Assembly: GCA_028534125.1 (NCBI GenBank) | Contig: CM052817.1 | Location: 32,304,001 to 32,368,000 of the forward strand | Length of the DNA stretch: 64,000 nt | Source: Lama glama | Taxonomy: Eukaryota | Direction of reading: 5' to 3' | Part shown: positions 13,240 through 25,294 of the stretch, in pieces | Position numbering within the stretch: the first letter of the stretch is position 1 | How the letters are laid out: each line of letters starts with the position of its first letter | The notes under the pieces: generated by a model | The model's database searches: none | What the model was told of the DNA's origin: nothing | The model's input: the letters and a program-made list of their open reading frames with translations, nothing else | Program-made: the position numbers and the translations under genes

Positions 13240-13470
13240 ATCTAGGTTTGAAACATACCTGAATTCCAATCCTAACTTTGCTCTTTCCTCTGTGACATTA
13301 GGCAAGTTTCTTAACTTCCCTGATCCTCAGTTTCCTATTGGGTAAAACTGGGACAGTAAGACCTGCTTACAGAGTTGTGGTGAGATTAGAGACACTGCAT
13401 ATGCAATGCCTAGGACAATGCAGGGCAGTGTGGGATGCTCAACCAATGACGGCTCTCATCATTATTTAAC
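13240..13470 (+). mobile_element. MIR in the SGCB 3' UTR
   Basis: MIR core: tgtgacattaggcaagtttcttaacttccctgatcctcagtttcc. Confidence 0.75.
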
Positions 13471-14114
13471 AGCTAAAGCTGAGATGGTGCTTAAATTTCT
13501 ACCACATTACGAACACAATATTCATCAATATTTAACGAGTAAACATTCTATTAGAGTATTTTCTTCTCGGTGCAAAACTAAGGAACCGTAGTTTCTTACC
13601 ACCTCCCAGATGTGAAGTTCTTTAATGACTTCACTTGCATGTGAGAATATGGTTGAAAGTTAATGCACTAAAAATCTCTTTCCTCTTAGAAGCCAAAAGA
13701 CAGAGCATGTAACGTTTATTGACGGTGTACTTTTAAACATCCGAAGTGGGTCTATCCCCATTAGTTACCAAAAGCTTACTCAGAGTGAGTCTAAACAGTT
13801 GCTTCAGCCCTTAACCTTTAGGCAAGGAATAGCGGAATTTTAAAAACACTTCTTTAAAGATCAGTTTTGATTGTGTTCCTTCTCAATTATTTTAGAGAAC
13901 TGCAAAATGAAGATCAGTGCAACTTAATGAAATGTATTAGATTTAGGCTCTCTGAGAATATTTTAAACATGGAGATTACACAACACATACAGCAGTGCTC
14001 TGCAGACAAAATAATTACGAGTTATCACAAACTCTGTAAAAACATGATTTGCATGCCCACCCTTAAAAAAAAGTCAAGTCAAGATACGAAGGTGCTGAGA
14101 CCTCTCGGGGTCTT

Positions 14115-14318
14115 CTAACGAGTGTCTCCGCAGGGGCTGTCTGCGGTTTGGCACCCCATGTTCTGGCCTGTCACCTGCACTTTGAAGAGGGTTCCGTCAG
14201 CGCACACGCAGAGCTTGTAGCGCACCCAGTCTCCACCACCTGGCGGGTCTCCGCTGGAGGAGCTAGGGAGGCGAGCTGGGCTGACCATCACAGTGCCATT
14301 TAGGATGATGCTGTTTTC
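14115..14318 (-). CDS. SGCB: Beta-sarcoglycan exon 6 (last coding exon, TAG stop)
   Basis: ENSIILNGTVMVSPARLPSSSSGDPPGGGDWVRYKLCVCADGTLFKVQVTGQNMGCQTADSPCGDTR*; acceptor aacag|G; C-terminal Cys cluster. Confidence 0.97.
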   Translation of the reverse strand, partial: ENSIILNGTVMVSPARLPSSSSGDPPGGGDWVRYKLCVCADGTLFKVQVTGQNMGCQTADSPCGDTR

Positions 14319-14889
14319 CTGTTACGAGAATAAGCATATGGTTTATTTACATCCACATGTAGGGACAGAAAAAATTAATAAACAAAACTTTCGAGAATAT
14401 TAGCAAGAATAGAAGGCACTAAGACGTTATACAGTCATGACCAAAACAACAAAGAAAACAAAACCAATCAAGATTCAATTAGTGACCTCTTAGTAATTGT
14501 TCATAATGTCTATCAATACACTTGTTAATACAATTTATTTCTCAATTAGTTAAAAATTATATCAAAATTTCTAAGTGCATAATAAGACTGATGCTGATAA
14601 AGTCTCAGATGATATTCACTTGTTACTTCCTAAGAGAGTTTTAATAAAGTTACTGACTGAACAGTTTCTCACAAAACCGTTACCCTCCGACAGAAAATTT
14701 TAACTTCCAATGTTTTTTTGCAACACTGTAAATGAAGATTTAAGCCATATAATTTTAAAGACAAGGCACTCAAAGAAAACTGCCTGGAGGTTCTCATCTT
14801 CAAGGCCACTTTCCTAGGAACACTCTCGTATTGCAGATCCTTTCTTTTTTGGAACTCCTAAACCTCTCTCTCCCTTCTGTCCTTTTCTT

Positions 14890-15845
14890 CTCTTTATTCA
14901 GTCAACAAATAATCATAAAATGTCTCCTCTGTGTTAGATACTATTCAAGGTGTTGGGGATACAGCAGTCAACAGACAGGTAAGGTCCAAGTCCTTGTTAT
15001 TTTACTGGAGAGGGGCAGATAATACACACCTGAACAAGTAAAACAAGCAGGACATTATCTAAGAAAAGCAAGTCAGGGTAGGTAGAGAGAGTGACCAGGG
15101 AGGGGTTCTACTTTACAGAGGATGGTCGAGGAAGGCTTCTCTGATAAGGTCAGTCCGATGGTAACTGGATGATGTGAAGGAGTCAGGCATGTGGGTAATT
15201 GGGCAGAGGAAAGATGGGCAAAGGCCCCAAGGTGAAGACGTGACTGGGGTTCCAGGAACAGATAGGAGGCCAGTGTGGCTGAAAAAGAGACTGACAGAGC
15301 CAACTTGTGGGCAATGAGTCAAAGAAATAACTAGGGGCCAGACGTGTAAGGCCAGGGAATGGACTTTGGAAACCATCTGGAGGGTTCTGAATAGGGAAGG
15401 GACATGATCTTTTATAAAGGATCACTCTGGCTCCTGTATAGAGAGCTGAACACAGGGGTGAAAGACGAAGCAGGGAGGCCACTTAGGAGGCGATTCTGGC
15501 AGTGCAGGCAGGAGATGACCCTGGTTTACACCATGGCAGTGGTGGTGGAGGTGGTGAGAATCAGCCAGACTAAACGTCTTCTGAAGGTAGAGCCTGAGGG
15601 CTCTGCTGATGGACTAACGGGTACCGCTTAACAAGACGGGAGCACTGGAAAGAAGTGCACATTTGGGGGTGGGGGAGGATATGAAGACTTTAGACTTGTT
15701 AAGTTAGAGATTCCTACTAGATACTGAAGTAGCAAAAGTAAGAAGGCAGTTGGGTATGTGACCCTTAGCTCAGAGGAGAGATTAAAGCACGAGTTCCAAA
15801 TTCGAGAGTCATCAGCTTATAGAGGGTATTTAAAGCAATGAGAGA
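14890..15845 (-). mobile_element. L2 LINE fragment
   Basis: Antisense L2 3' end (ttattcagtcaacaaata...ggggatacagcagt) followed by purine-rich L2 body; source of the ORFs at 15073-15631. Confidence 0.7.
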
Positions 15846-15974
15846 AAGTTGGTTAGGAAGTAATGGAAAGGTCTAATTGACTAGCGATAGTATACGGAAT
15901 TTTCAAATTTCATTCTGATGCTGCCATCTTGTGGTCATTTAATTTTATTTTCTTTAAATTGCTAATGCAGTTTT

Positions 15975-16325
15975 TCTAAAAAAATTGAATTATAGCTAAT
16001 TTACAATATTGTGTTACTTTCAGGTGCACAGCAAAGTGATTCAATTATATATACATATATATATTTCAGATTATTTTCCATTATAGGTTATTACGAGATA
16101 TTGCACATAGTTCTCCGTGCTATACAGTAAATCCTTGTTGCTTATCTATTTTACACATAGTAATATCTGTTAATCCCAAACGCCTAATTTATCCTTCCCC
16201 TCTTTCCCCTATGATAACCATAAGTTTGTTTTCTATGTCTGTGAGTCTGTTTCTGTTTTGTAAATAGATTCATTTGTATTACTTTTTAGATTCCACATAT
16301 ACGTGATATATAACATTTGTCTTAG
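15975..16325 (-). mobile_element. Lineage L1 3' end
   Basis: Antisense of the L1 3' UTR also seen at 44928-45318 and 48023-48392. Confidence 0.75.
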
Positions 16326-16493
16326 CATTTTAAAAAGAAGTTTAATAAAATTCTTTCTAATGATTAACTATACAATTAAAAAACAAACTCCGATATTAAC
16401 TGAATTATAAAGCTAATTATCTTTTTGATACTGGCTTCTTTTTCTTTAACTGTAGAGAAACTGGTATGTGTCTATGTGTATTTCAAAGTATTT

Positions 16494-16639
16494 AATTTAA
16501 TTTTTTAAATTTGTTTTTTGGGGGGAGAGGTAATTAGGTTTACTTAGTTATTTATTTTTAGGGGAGGTACTGGGGGATTGAACCCAGGACCTTGTATATG
16601 CTAAGCATGTACCCTACCAGTTGAGCTATACCCTCCCCC
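16494..16639 (-). mobile_element. vic-1-like SINE with 15-bp TSD
   Basis: TSD TATTTCAAAGTATTT at 16479-16493 and 16640-16654; tRNA-Ala-like head. Confidence 0.9.
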
Positions 16640-17865
16640 TATTTCAAAGTATTTTAACATTATCATATTAATAACAGGTAGAATTTTCAGGTAGAAAAAA
16701 ACTAAAAGACTTAGGTAACTCGTTAATGGCTATCAAGAAATCAGTCACATTTCTTGCCTCTTTGAGTGCTAAGAACAACAGTGCCATGGAGACAATTCCT
16801 CAACAGTATTACTCTCTCAGAGGAATGGCTTCCTTCTATAATATGCAGAAAATACTCAGCATTGTGATTGAGATTCCAGTAAGAATCACATTTTATGTTC
16901 ATATTTATTATTTAGACATTGGAACATATTCTTCAGGAAGAAAAGATATTTATGAAAGTGAGAAAAGTTAATTAAAAAAAAATTTTCCCCCGCGAAAAGT
17001 ATGATGAAAATTTTTAAAAGGAAAGGATTATGTTTTAAGTCCTTAGGTTTAAGTTTACTTTTGTCATTTAATGCTTGATAAAACAAATTTAGTTAGCTAT
17101 AGTTAGGTAACACATAGCAGGTGCCCAAAGACATTTTGAATAACTATGCTTTGACCGGAATTTTGAGCAGGTAAAATGTTTTTGGACTTTTGGCTCCCTT
17201 ATACGAAATATGTTACTTCTTAGAGTTCAGATATAATCTGTGAGGCACAAAGAAAAATTCACTTTTCAACAAGTATAATAAAGGCAAAATCTTTTTTCTT
17301 TATAACCAATGATAGATGTACAAATAAAAATAATTTTACATATTTGCTTATTGATTTTCATATCACTGAATATAAAACCCAGGAAGATATGAAAAATCTT
17401 TAACTGAAAAAATTCATCAACTGCAGGGCATGGATACTCACACTGATCTCCCAGAATTCTCCCTTGGAAGCTTTTTGTTTGTTTTTTGTTTATTTTTTTG
17501 CCTCTTAAAATAATACAGGCATCATTATGCCAAGAAAAAAAAAACCCAGGAAAGTTTAGAAAACAGCAGGCAAACAGAAATAAAATGAAAATCATCTGTT
17601 ACCCTGCTACCCATAACGAATCATTGTTGACATTTTGGCATACCCTTCCAGGTTTTTATAAACGTACATATAATCTGAAAAATAAAAATGAGATATATCA
17701 CAGATTGTTTTATAACTTTCTTTCATGTCATAATCCATTCTGAACATCAGTCCATCTCAAAAAATATACAACTACATTATCATTTTTCATAATTGTATAC
17801 TTTTCACATACAGATTTATGTACTCAATAAATTAATAATTCTCTTAAACTCTTAAAAATACTCAC

Positions 17866-17997
17866 AGCCTTTAACTCCATATTACCACCCATGTGAAATT
17901 CAATGGTTTTGCCCATAATGAATACTCCTTCATTTCCTCGCACAATAGCACGGCCATCAACTTTAATGTTTAAATCACTAGTAGCATTGCTGGTAAT
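17866..17997 (-). CDS. SGCB: Beta-sarcoglycan exon 5
   Basis: ITSNATSDLNIKVDGRAIVRGNEGVFIMGKTIEFHMGGNMELKA; cag|...|gtgagt; 132 nt. Confidence 0.97.
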
Positions 17998-18315
17998 CTG
18001 AAAATTGAAAAAAAAGTAGTGATGAAGAGTTTCTAAATTAAAGTGATAATTACTATAGAGATAGAGGAACAGGAGTTTCAACCACAAAATATGAAAGGCA
18101 GGTGTTTTCATTCATGTTTTATAGATGATGAAATAGAGAGAGGTGATTTGGTAATGATCACATATAGCAGTTAGTGACAAATCCAGAACTAATCCCTTCC
18201 ACAGTTGTGGAGTTCTTTCTTTCATAGCATTATATCAGTAAAACTACCCCTCTATACTTTGTAACTTTGGACAATTGTCCTTTTCCATTAATAAAACAAA
18301 GAAAATAGATCATAC

Positions 18316-18507
18316 CCTTTCAGTAGATGCTTTCTGAACATTCAAACTTTTCACTCCACTTGGCAAGTGAAACTCATGAGTTTCATAGTCTGTGCTGAAT
18401 AAGATATTTTGAGTCCTTGGGTCGAAAAACTGCATACCAATGTCGCTTGTAATAGAAGTCTTGTTCTTTTCTACACTGAGCTTTGTTGTCCCTTGCTGAA
18501 AAACAAT
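18316..18507 (-). CDS. SGCB: Beta-sarcoglycan exon 4
   Basis: IVFQQGTTKLSVEKNKTSITSDIGMQFFDPRTQNILFSTDYETHEFHLPSGVKSLNVQKASTER; gaag|...|gtatga; 192 nt. Confidence 0.96.
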
Positions 18508-19152
18508 CTTCAGAAAGACACTTTATCATGAATATGTTTTTGAAGAAGACTGCAGCCAAAATTCACCAAGAATATTATTTAAAAAATTCTATAATAACAG
18601 ACTAACTTCAAATAATTTTAACTACCTCTCTCTGACATTCTCCACTCTCTTGGGAGAAGAGTTCTTTAAAACGAGGGCTTACGTACTTATTTGCTATGGT
18701 GCTCAGCAGAACTAGACAGTCACAGAGCACAGGGACCAGGACTAAAGTGGGCAGGAGTGGTGAGGATGCCTCCTTGAGGTTCTGGTCAGTTGAAAACCGA
18801 TGTTACAGTAGCCACATGGCGGGGGCTGTCGCTGACTAGACTGGTGTATTCTCTTCCAGACTCCCAGAAAGCAGAGGGTATTCTAACCGGGGAAGGTTTC
18901 CTCCATTAGAAACTCAGAAGTCTACTTAGAAAAGAGTAAACCATGTATTCTTACAGTAATTATATCTATCACAGAAAATGCTACCATGGAACAAAATCTA
19001 GAATGTTAAGAAAATATCTAACACTAATAGATTAGAAGACCAACAACATTATCAAATATATTTATGAATTTTCTCTAAAGGAAAATATCCACTTCCAATA
19101 ATCAACGCTAGATTTTTACAAAGACTTTTTCTCTTACAGCCTGGTCACTTAC

Positions 19153-19338
19153 AGGCTGGTTGTTGCCAGTGATGACCAGATTTTCATTTCGCCTTCCTCC
19201 TACTGTGCTCTTATAAAGAGGATGTATAACTCCCATGTCAGACACTTGCTTAAACCGAAGCAGACCACTGTCATGAAACTCCATGCTGTCACAGCCATTT
19301 GGTCCAATGCGAATCACAGCCCAGATGACAAGTGTTAT
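19153..19338 (-). CDS. SGCB: Beta-sarcoglycan exon 3
   Basis: ITLVIWAVIRIGPNGCDSMEFHDSGLLRFKQVSDMGVIHPLYKSTVGGRRNENLVITGNNQP; tag|...|gtaagt; 186 nt. Confidence 0.97.
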
Positions 19339-19539
19339 CTAAAAAGAAATCAAGCACACATTTAATATAATTGGAAAACAAACAGAAAAGATAATTGTCA
19401 AAGGATTAAACTCCCCAAAATGTTTCATCAGTGAGATGAACACAACTGGTTTTCCACTTATAAACAAAACCAATTTCACTTTTATCACGGTTTTACACGC
19501 AAATAGCTAAGAGTAAAACAGTGCTAAAGGGTCTGTAAT

Positions 19540-21780
19540 TTAAAAAGAGCAGTTTCTATTTTTCCTACCTCTTCTGTATCTTGTCCAGGAACAACCACTT
19601 TCAACAATTTTGGCTATTATGTCTAGAATTTATCTTCATATTACTAAATAGTATGTGTATAGTATTCCTTCACTGATCAATTTTAGGTTCTATCTATTAC
19701 CTTCCTGTTTTAGCAAAAGAGAATTTTAGCTCATTTATATTTCTTCTCCCCCAACTCCAATCTCAAGTTCTGGTTAAATCCATTTTCAGCATTATGATGA
19801 TATAAATACTGTTCACTTTGAAGTCAAATACTGTACTATGATGGCAATTCCTTTCTTGTACTTTGTGTCTTTCTGAGTTTAATGTTTACTTTTCTTTCAT
19901 TTGCGTAGTTTTTTTGAAAATCAGACTAAATCTTTTCAAAATCTCCAACATTTCTGTAAAATGTCTCTCAATAAAATGTTCTAAAAGCCCAAACCTCCCA
20001 GAAAATTTATTAGTTCTACTTTTCTTTCCAGGAAGTCTCTCTGGAAACCCCATCTTCTTGCTCCTATCTGGGCTCTCGCCCCTGGGTCTGCTGCACAGCT
20101 GTGATCATGAACTTTCCCTTCACTTTCAGGCTGGAACTTCCTTTTGTCTTTCTCCTGTGCTGGATACTCAGTTTCCTGTATCCTTGGCTTCAACTTTCTT
20201 GGTTTAGTACTTTCCATGGTTTCCTTAGAAAGAATGTATGTGAAGTAAATATTTTTGAGAGTGTGTATGGCAAAAAAAAATGTCTCTATAGTCCCTCACA
20301 TTTGACTGATAGTTTAGTACACATTTCTAGATTTGAAGTTATTTTCTCTCTGAATTTTGAAGGCCCTTGCTTTCTTGCCGTCTAGTTTCCAGCACTGTTT
20401 TTGAGATGTCTGATGCCACTCTGATTTTGTACTCTTTATACATAGCCTGTTTTTTTGTTTCTGGAAGACTTTAGAATCTTCTCTTTATTCCTGGTCTTCT
20501 TAAGTTTCACAGTGATAGCCTTGGTATGAGTCTTTCTTATGCATACGCTGGACCCAGAGTGGTAGTTTTCAACCTGTTCTAGGAAACTTTCTTGATTTAT
20601 TTATTTGATAACTTTTCCCCCAGTGTGCTCTCTTTCTAAAACTCCTATTAACAGAATGTTACAGTTCCAGGATTGATTCTTTAATTTTGTTGAACATAGT
20701 GGTTTTATCTTCCAATATCTATGTATCTATGCATCCATCCATCCATGTGTGTGTATTTCTATGAGTTCTTCCGTATTCTTTAATTGTTCCTCTTTAATGG
20801 CATGCTATCCTTGTTTAATGGCTGCAATATCCTCTTCCTTCTCTGAAGATATTGACTTTGGTGTGTGTTTGTTTGTTTTAAAGTTTCCTGTCATTTGCTG
20901 CATTTTCTCCATTTCCCTGAATCCACTTTCCCCATGGTTTGGGTATTTTTGGTCTCAGTCATTTCCCAATTCTGGGAGCTTTCCATAAAAATCTATTGAT
21001 CCCTGGAGGCTCCATGTTCATATTTAACAGAGTGGTTACAAAAAAATCCATAGAAAGTTCTGTGTGGAGTGGGGCTTATGACTGACAGGCTTCACAGTGG
21101 GGAGATTAGGTGGCTTTTTCATGGGGACCTGCCAATTGTCAATATCTTCAGGTCTTGTCTTTGTGTTCTTCAGTTTCTGCTGAGAAGGCTATTTTATCTC
21201 TTGCCCAGAAGATACAAGACTGGTGCCAGGGAGCTGGAGGTGGAGGATGAGGCTAATGGGGCCTCAGTGTTCAGGATTCAGAATTCAGACTTCCTGCTTT
21301 CAGTGTGGAAACCCATCCCTACCTCTCTGGGCAATGTCCTTAGGCAGAAGGAGTTTCCTCTGGTTCAGTGTGGGGTTACCAGCTGCCTGACTACTGGCTG
21401 TAAGGGGAGGGAGGCTGGGGATCTCAGGCTCCTTCCACGGATTTTTCAAACAAGCTCTCTGTTCTCAGTTCCCAACTCACTCCTGCTTTTCAAGGGACCT
21501 GTACTTCCAGTTCCTGAGGCTTTTCAGGATTCTGCAAGGCATTTCCACCAACGCACCCTGCAAACCCCTCCCCAACACGCAGTTCCTCCTCCTTGGTAAG
21601 TTATTTGCCATTCCTCCTCCTCCTTTTTGTCTGCATATATTATGGTGTAGGATTTTGGTTGCCTCCAACTTTCTTCCAAGATATTTCTGTTTCTTGACTT
21701 TGTCACCTTAGGATGAGTTTTTAGAGAGGAGGGGGGATGAAAATGTCTTCGTTTTGCCATCTTAACCATAACTTTCCGAT
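19540..21780 (-). mobile_element. Ancient L1 ORF1/HAL1-like element
   Basis: T-rich antisense L1 ORF1/HAL1-type text (e.g. ctggaagactttagaatcttctctttattcctggtcttcttaagtttcacagtgat); boundaries approximate. Confidence 0.5.
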
Positions 21781-22480
21781 AAAATAAATTCAGAACATGG
21801 CTCCTAGTAAAGTTATCTGCAATATCAGCTCTTTTTGATTTAAGTGAATTAGACACAAATGTTTTGGATGTACATAAAATTCAAAGGACTGGTTTGAGAG
21901 TATTAGAAGTAAAAAATACAGTAAGTGGAATCACTTTAGAATTGCTGTATCCACATTCACGCTCAGTCTTAGGTACACCAATAGTCACTCTCTGAAAATA
22001 CCTACCCACGCGTGCCAGACTGGCTCAAATTTAACCCTCAGAAGTTACAACCTTGGATTAAACGTCTTCTTCTTTAAGAAAGCAAGTGTCTTTGGAAAAG
22101 GCAGCCCACCAGGCCCTCACACCTTCGTGTAAACCAGTCTACCCCAGATCCTTTCACTCTTTGACAACAGATTTCAGACTACAATATATAACCCTTTACC
22201 GCCATCCAAGGTTTACAGTTTTAAAGTTGAGTGGAGGAGTCAAGAGTAAATTTCGGAAAAGTTGAATGAAATCAGGAAGGATTATATTTTTAGGAGAGGT
22301 GAAGGCAATAAAATCATCTTGGCAAAAAGGTCTCTTCTATTGAGTTGACTCTACCCTTTTAAAAGTTAAGTCTTTTAGAGGAAAGAATCTGTGAACACTT
22401 TTTCTAAATAAAACTAATACATGGCAATATTAGCATACTAGGTTTTCATATGGAAAATGTTCATTAAAATTCAGTAAGAC

Positions 22481-24519
22481 ATAAAACAATGAAGTTTGCA
22501 GCATCAAGTGACTCTTCTTTTCATGAACTATTTCTCTGTGGCATGCAATGCTGTTTGATAGCATTTTACCCATGGTAGAACTTCTTTTAAAATTGGAATC
22601 AATTCTCTCAAATCCTGTTTTATTAACTAAGTTTATGTAGTAGTCTAAATCCTTTGTTGTCATTTCAATAGTCTTCCCAGCATCTCCACCAGGAGTAGAT
22701 TCCATCTCAAGAAATCACTTTCTTTGCTCATCCGTAAGAAGCAACTCCTTACCCTTTAAAGTTTTATCATGAAATTGAAGCAATTTAGTCACATCTTCAG
22801 GCTCAATTTCTAATTCTACCTCTCTTGCTATTTCCCCCACATCTGCTGTTACTTCCTCCACTGAAGTCTTGAACCCCTCCAAGTCATCTGAGGGTTGCAA
22901 TCAACCTTTCAAACTCTTGTTAATATTGATATTTTGACCTCTTCCCATGAGTAACACATGTTCTTCATGGCATCCAGAATGGAGAATCCTTTCCAGGAGG
23001 TTTTCAATTGCTCAGATCCATCAGATCCACTATCCCAGATCCACTATCTCTAGCAGCTGTAGCCTTACACAATGTATTTCTTAACTAATAAGACCTGAAA
23101 GTTGAAATGATTCCTTGATCTACGGGCTGCAGAATGACGTTGTGTGAGCATGCATGAAAACAACACTAATCGCACTGTACATCTCCATCAGAGCTCTTGG
23201 GTCACCAATGCATTGTCAATGAATAATAATACTTTGAAAGAAATTTTTTTTTCTGAGTAGTAGGTTTAAAATAAACAATGTTGTAAACAGAAATGCTATC
23301 ATCCAGACTTTGCTGGTATATTTATAGACAGCACAGAGTAGACTTAGCATAATTCTTAAGGGCCTTAGGATTTTCTAAATGGTAAATGGGCACTGGATTC
23401 AACTTAAAGTCACCAACTGCACTTGCCCCTAACAAGAGTCCACCTGTCCTTTGAAGCTTTGAAGCCTTGAAGCCAGGCATTGACTTCTCCTCTCTACCTA
23501 TGAAAGGCCTAGATGGCATCTTCTTCTAATATAAAGCTGTTTTGGCTGCACTGAAAATCTGTAGTTTAGTGAAGACACCTTATTGATGATCTCAGCTAGG
23601 TCTGGATAACTTGCTGCAGCTTCTACATCAGCATGTGCTGCTTCTCCTGGCACTTTTATGTTATGGAGATGGCCTTTTTTTTTCTTAAACCTCAGGAAAC
23701 AACCTCTGTTAGCTTCAAATTTCTGCAGCTTCCCCATCCCTCTCAGCCTGCATAGAATTAAAGAGAGGAAGGGCCTTGCTCTGGATCAGGTTTTGACTGA
23801 AGGGATTGTTGTAGCTGGTTTGATCTACCCAGACCACTAAAACTCTCCATACCAGCAATAACGCTGATTTGCTTTCCTGTCATTCATTTATTCCCTTGAG
23901 TAGTACTTTTAACTTCCATTAAGAATGTTGCCTTTGCATTCACAGCTTGGCTAAATGTTTGGTGTAAGAGGCCTGGGTTTCAGCCTGTCACCTTTCACAT
24001 GCCTTTCTCACTAAGCTTAATCGTTTTTAGCTTTTGATTTAAAGTGAGATACCTGCAACTCCTCCTTTCACTCGAACACGCAGAGGCCATTGCAGGGTTA
24101 TTAACTGGTCTAATTTCAGTATTGTCCTGTCTCAGGGAATAGGGAGGCCCAAGGAGAGGGGAAGTAATGGGAATGGCCAGTTGGTGGAGCAGTCAGAACA
24201 CACATTTATCAATCAAGTTTGCTCATTTTATATGGGTGTGGTTAGTTGCAACCAAAAACAATTACAATAGTTAACAGTCAAGATCACTGATCCAAGATCA
24301 CAATAACAAATATAACAATAATGAAAAAATTTGAAATATTGTGAGAATTACCAAACTGTAACATGGAGACCAAAGTGAGCAAATGCTGTTGGAAAAACGG
24401 CGCCAACAGACTTGCTCAATGCAGGGTTGCCACAGACCTTCAATTTGTAAAAAAAAGAAAAAAAAAGCAGTCTCTGCAGAATGCAATAAAGCTAAGTGTA
24501 ATAAAACAAGGTTTGTCTG
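22481..24519 (-). mobile_element. Tigger1 DNA transposon (TcMar-Tigger), near full length, 3' end missing, transposase fragmented
   Basis: 5' TIR CAGACAAACCTTGTTTTATT at 24519; ORF pieces [87 protein letters not shown] match Tigger1 transposase. Confidence 0.92.
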
Positions 24520-24643
24520 CATAGAAAAGCATAAAGAGGGTCCCAAAAGAAATTATAGAAACAGAGTCCATGATTTCACTAAAAAACAGATGAAAAATTC
24601 TCCATGGTAATTAAGAAAAGAATATTCTGTACTATATACTCAC

Positions 24644-24853
24644 AATTAAATTGATGACAGCCAGGATAAACAGGAGGATGATCACACAGATGGCTAAATT
24701 GCCCTTTCTCCCTCTCAGTCCGGTTTTATGCAGGCGATCCTCATCAATTGGAATATATCCAGCTTTAAAGTTACTATTGTGCTCTTTATTGACGTTCCTT
24801 CTCTCAACAGCCTTCTCACGCATGGACTTCTTCACAGGACCATTGGAACTTTG
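24644..24853 (-). CDS. SGCB: Beta-sarcoglycan exon 2
   Basis: QSSNGPVKKSMREKAVERRNVNKEHNSNFKAGYIPIDEDRLHKTGLRGRKGNLAICVIILLFILAVINLI; tag|...|gtgagt; 210 nt. Confidence 0.97.
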
Positions 24854-25294
24854 CTAAAAAAAAATATAACACAATGGAAGAGCCACACCCTCTCTTTTTG
24901 ATGGATTCATTTATTAATTACAAATTGATAACCAAAGAGAGCTGAGTTGGTTAGTGATATATTTCTACTAATAAATCTTAGGTCAAGTCACGATGAGCTG
25001 CAGGCTCCAAGTAAGGACATTACTGTGCTGAGAAGGGTGGTAGAGAAGAACCTTCAGGATGACTATTTGATAACCTATTTCCACTGTCTGCTTTGAACAG
25101 TCTTACTGTCAGTGAAGTGAACAGCTAGCTCATTTGAAGGAAGAGTTGACAAACCTTCTACAGTAGGTCATTTTGTTTTTACTAATGATTTGTTTAATTA
25201 CACATACTTTCTCATTATGTGAAAAGAATTCAGAAAGGCTGACACATTTTGTTATTCATCACTCCAACTGACTAAAGTTAATGTTATCCTAGAC

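Noticed and set aside
21069..21599. 176-aa ORF in SGCB intron 2
   Set aside because: Non-ATG start, lies within an old L1/HAL1-like region, no recognisable domain
22430..23737. Possible domesticated TIGD1-like transposase gene
   Set aside because: Broken into several frames by stops and frameshifts; a decayed Tigger1
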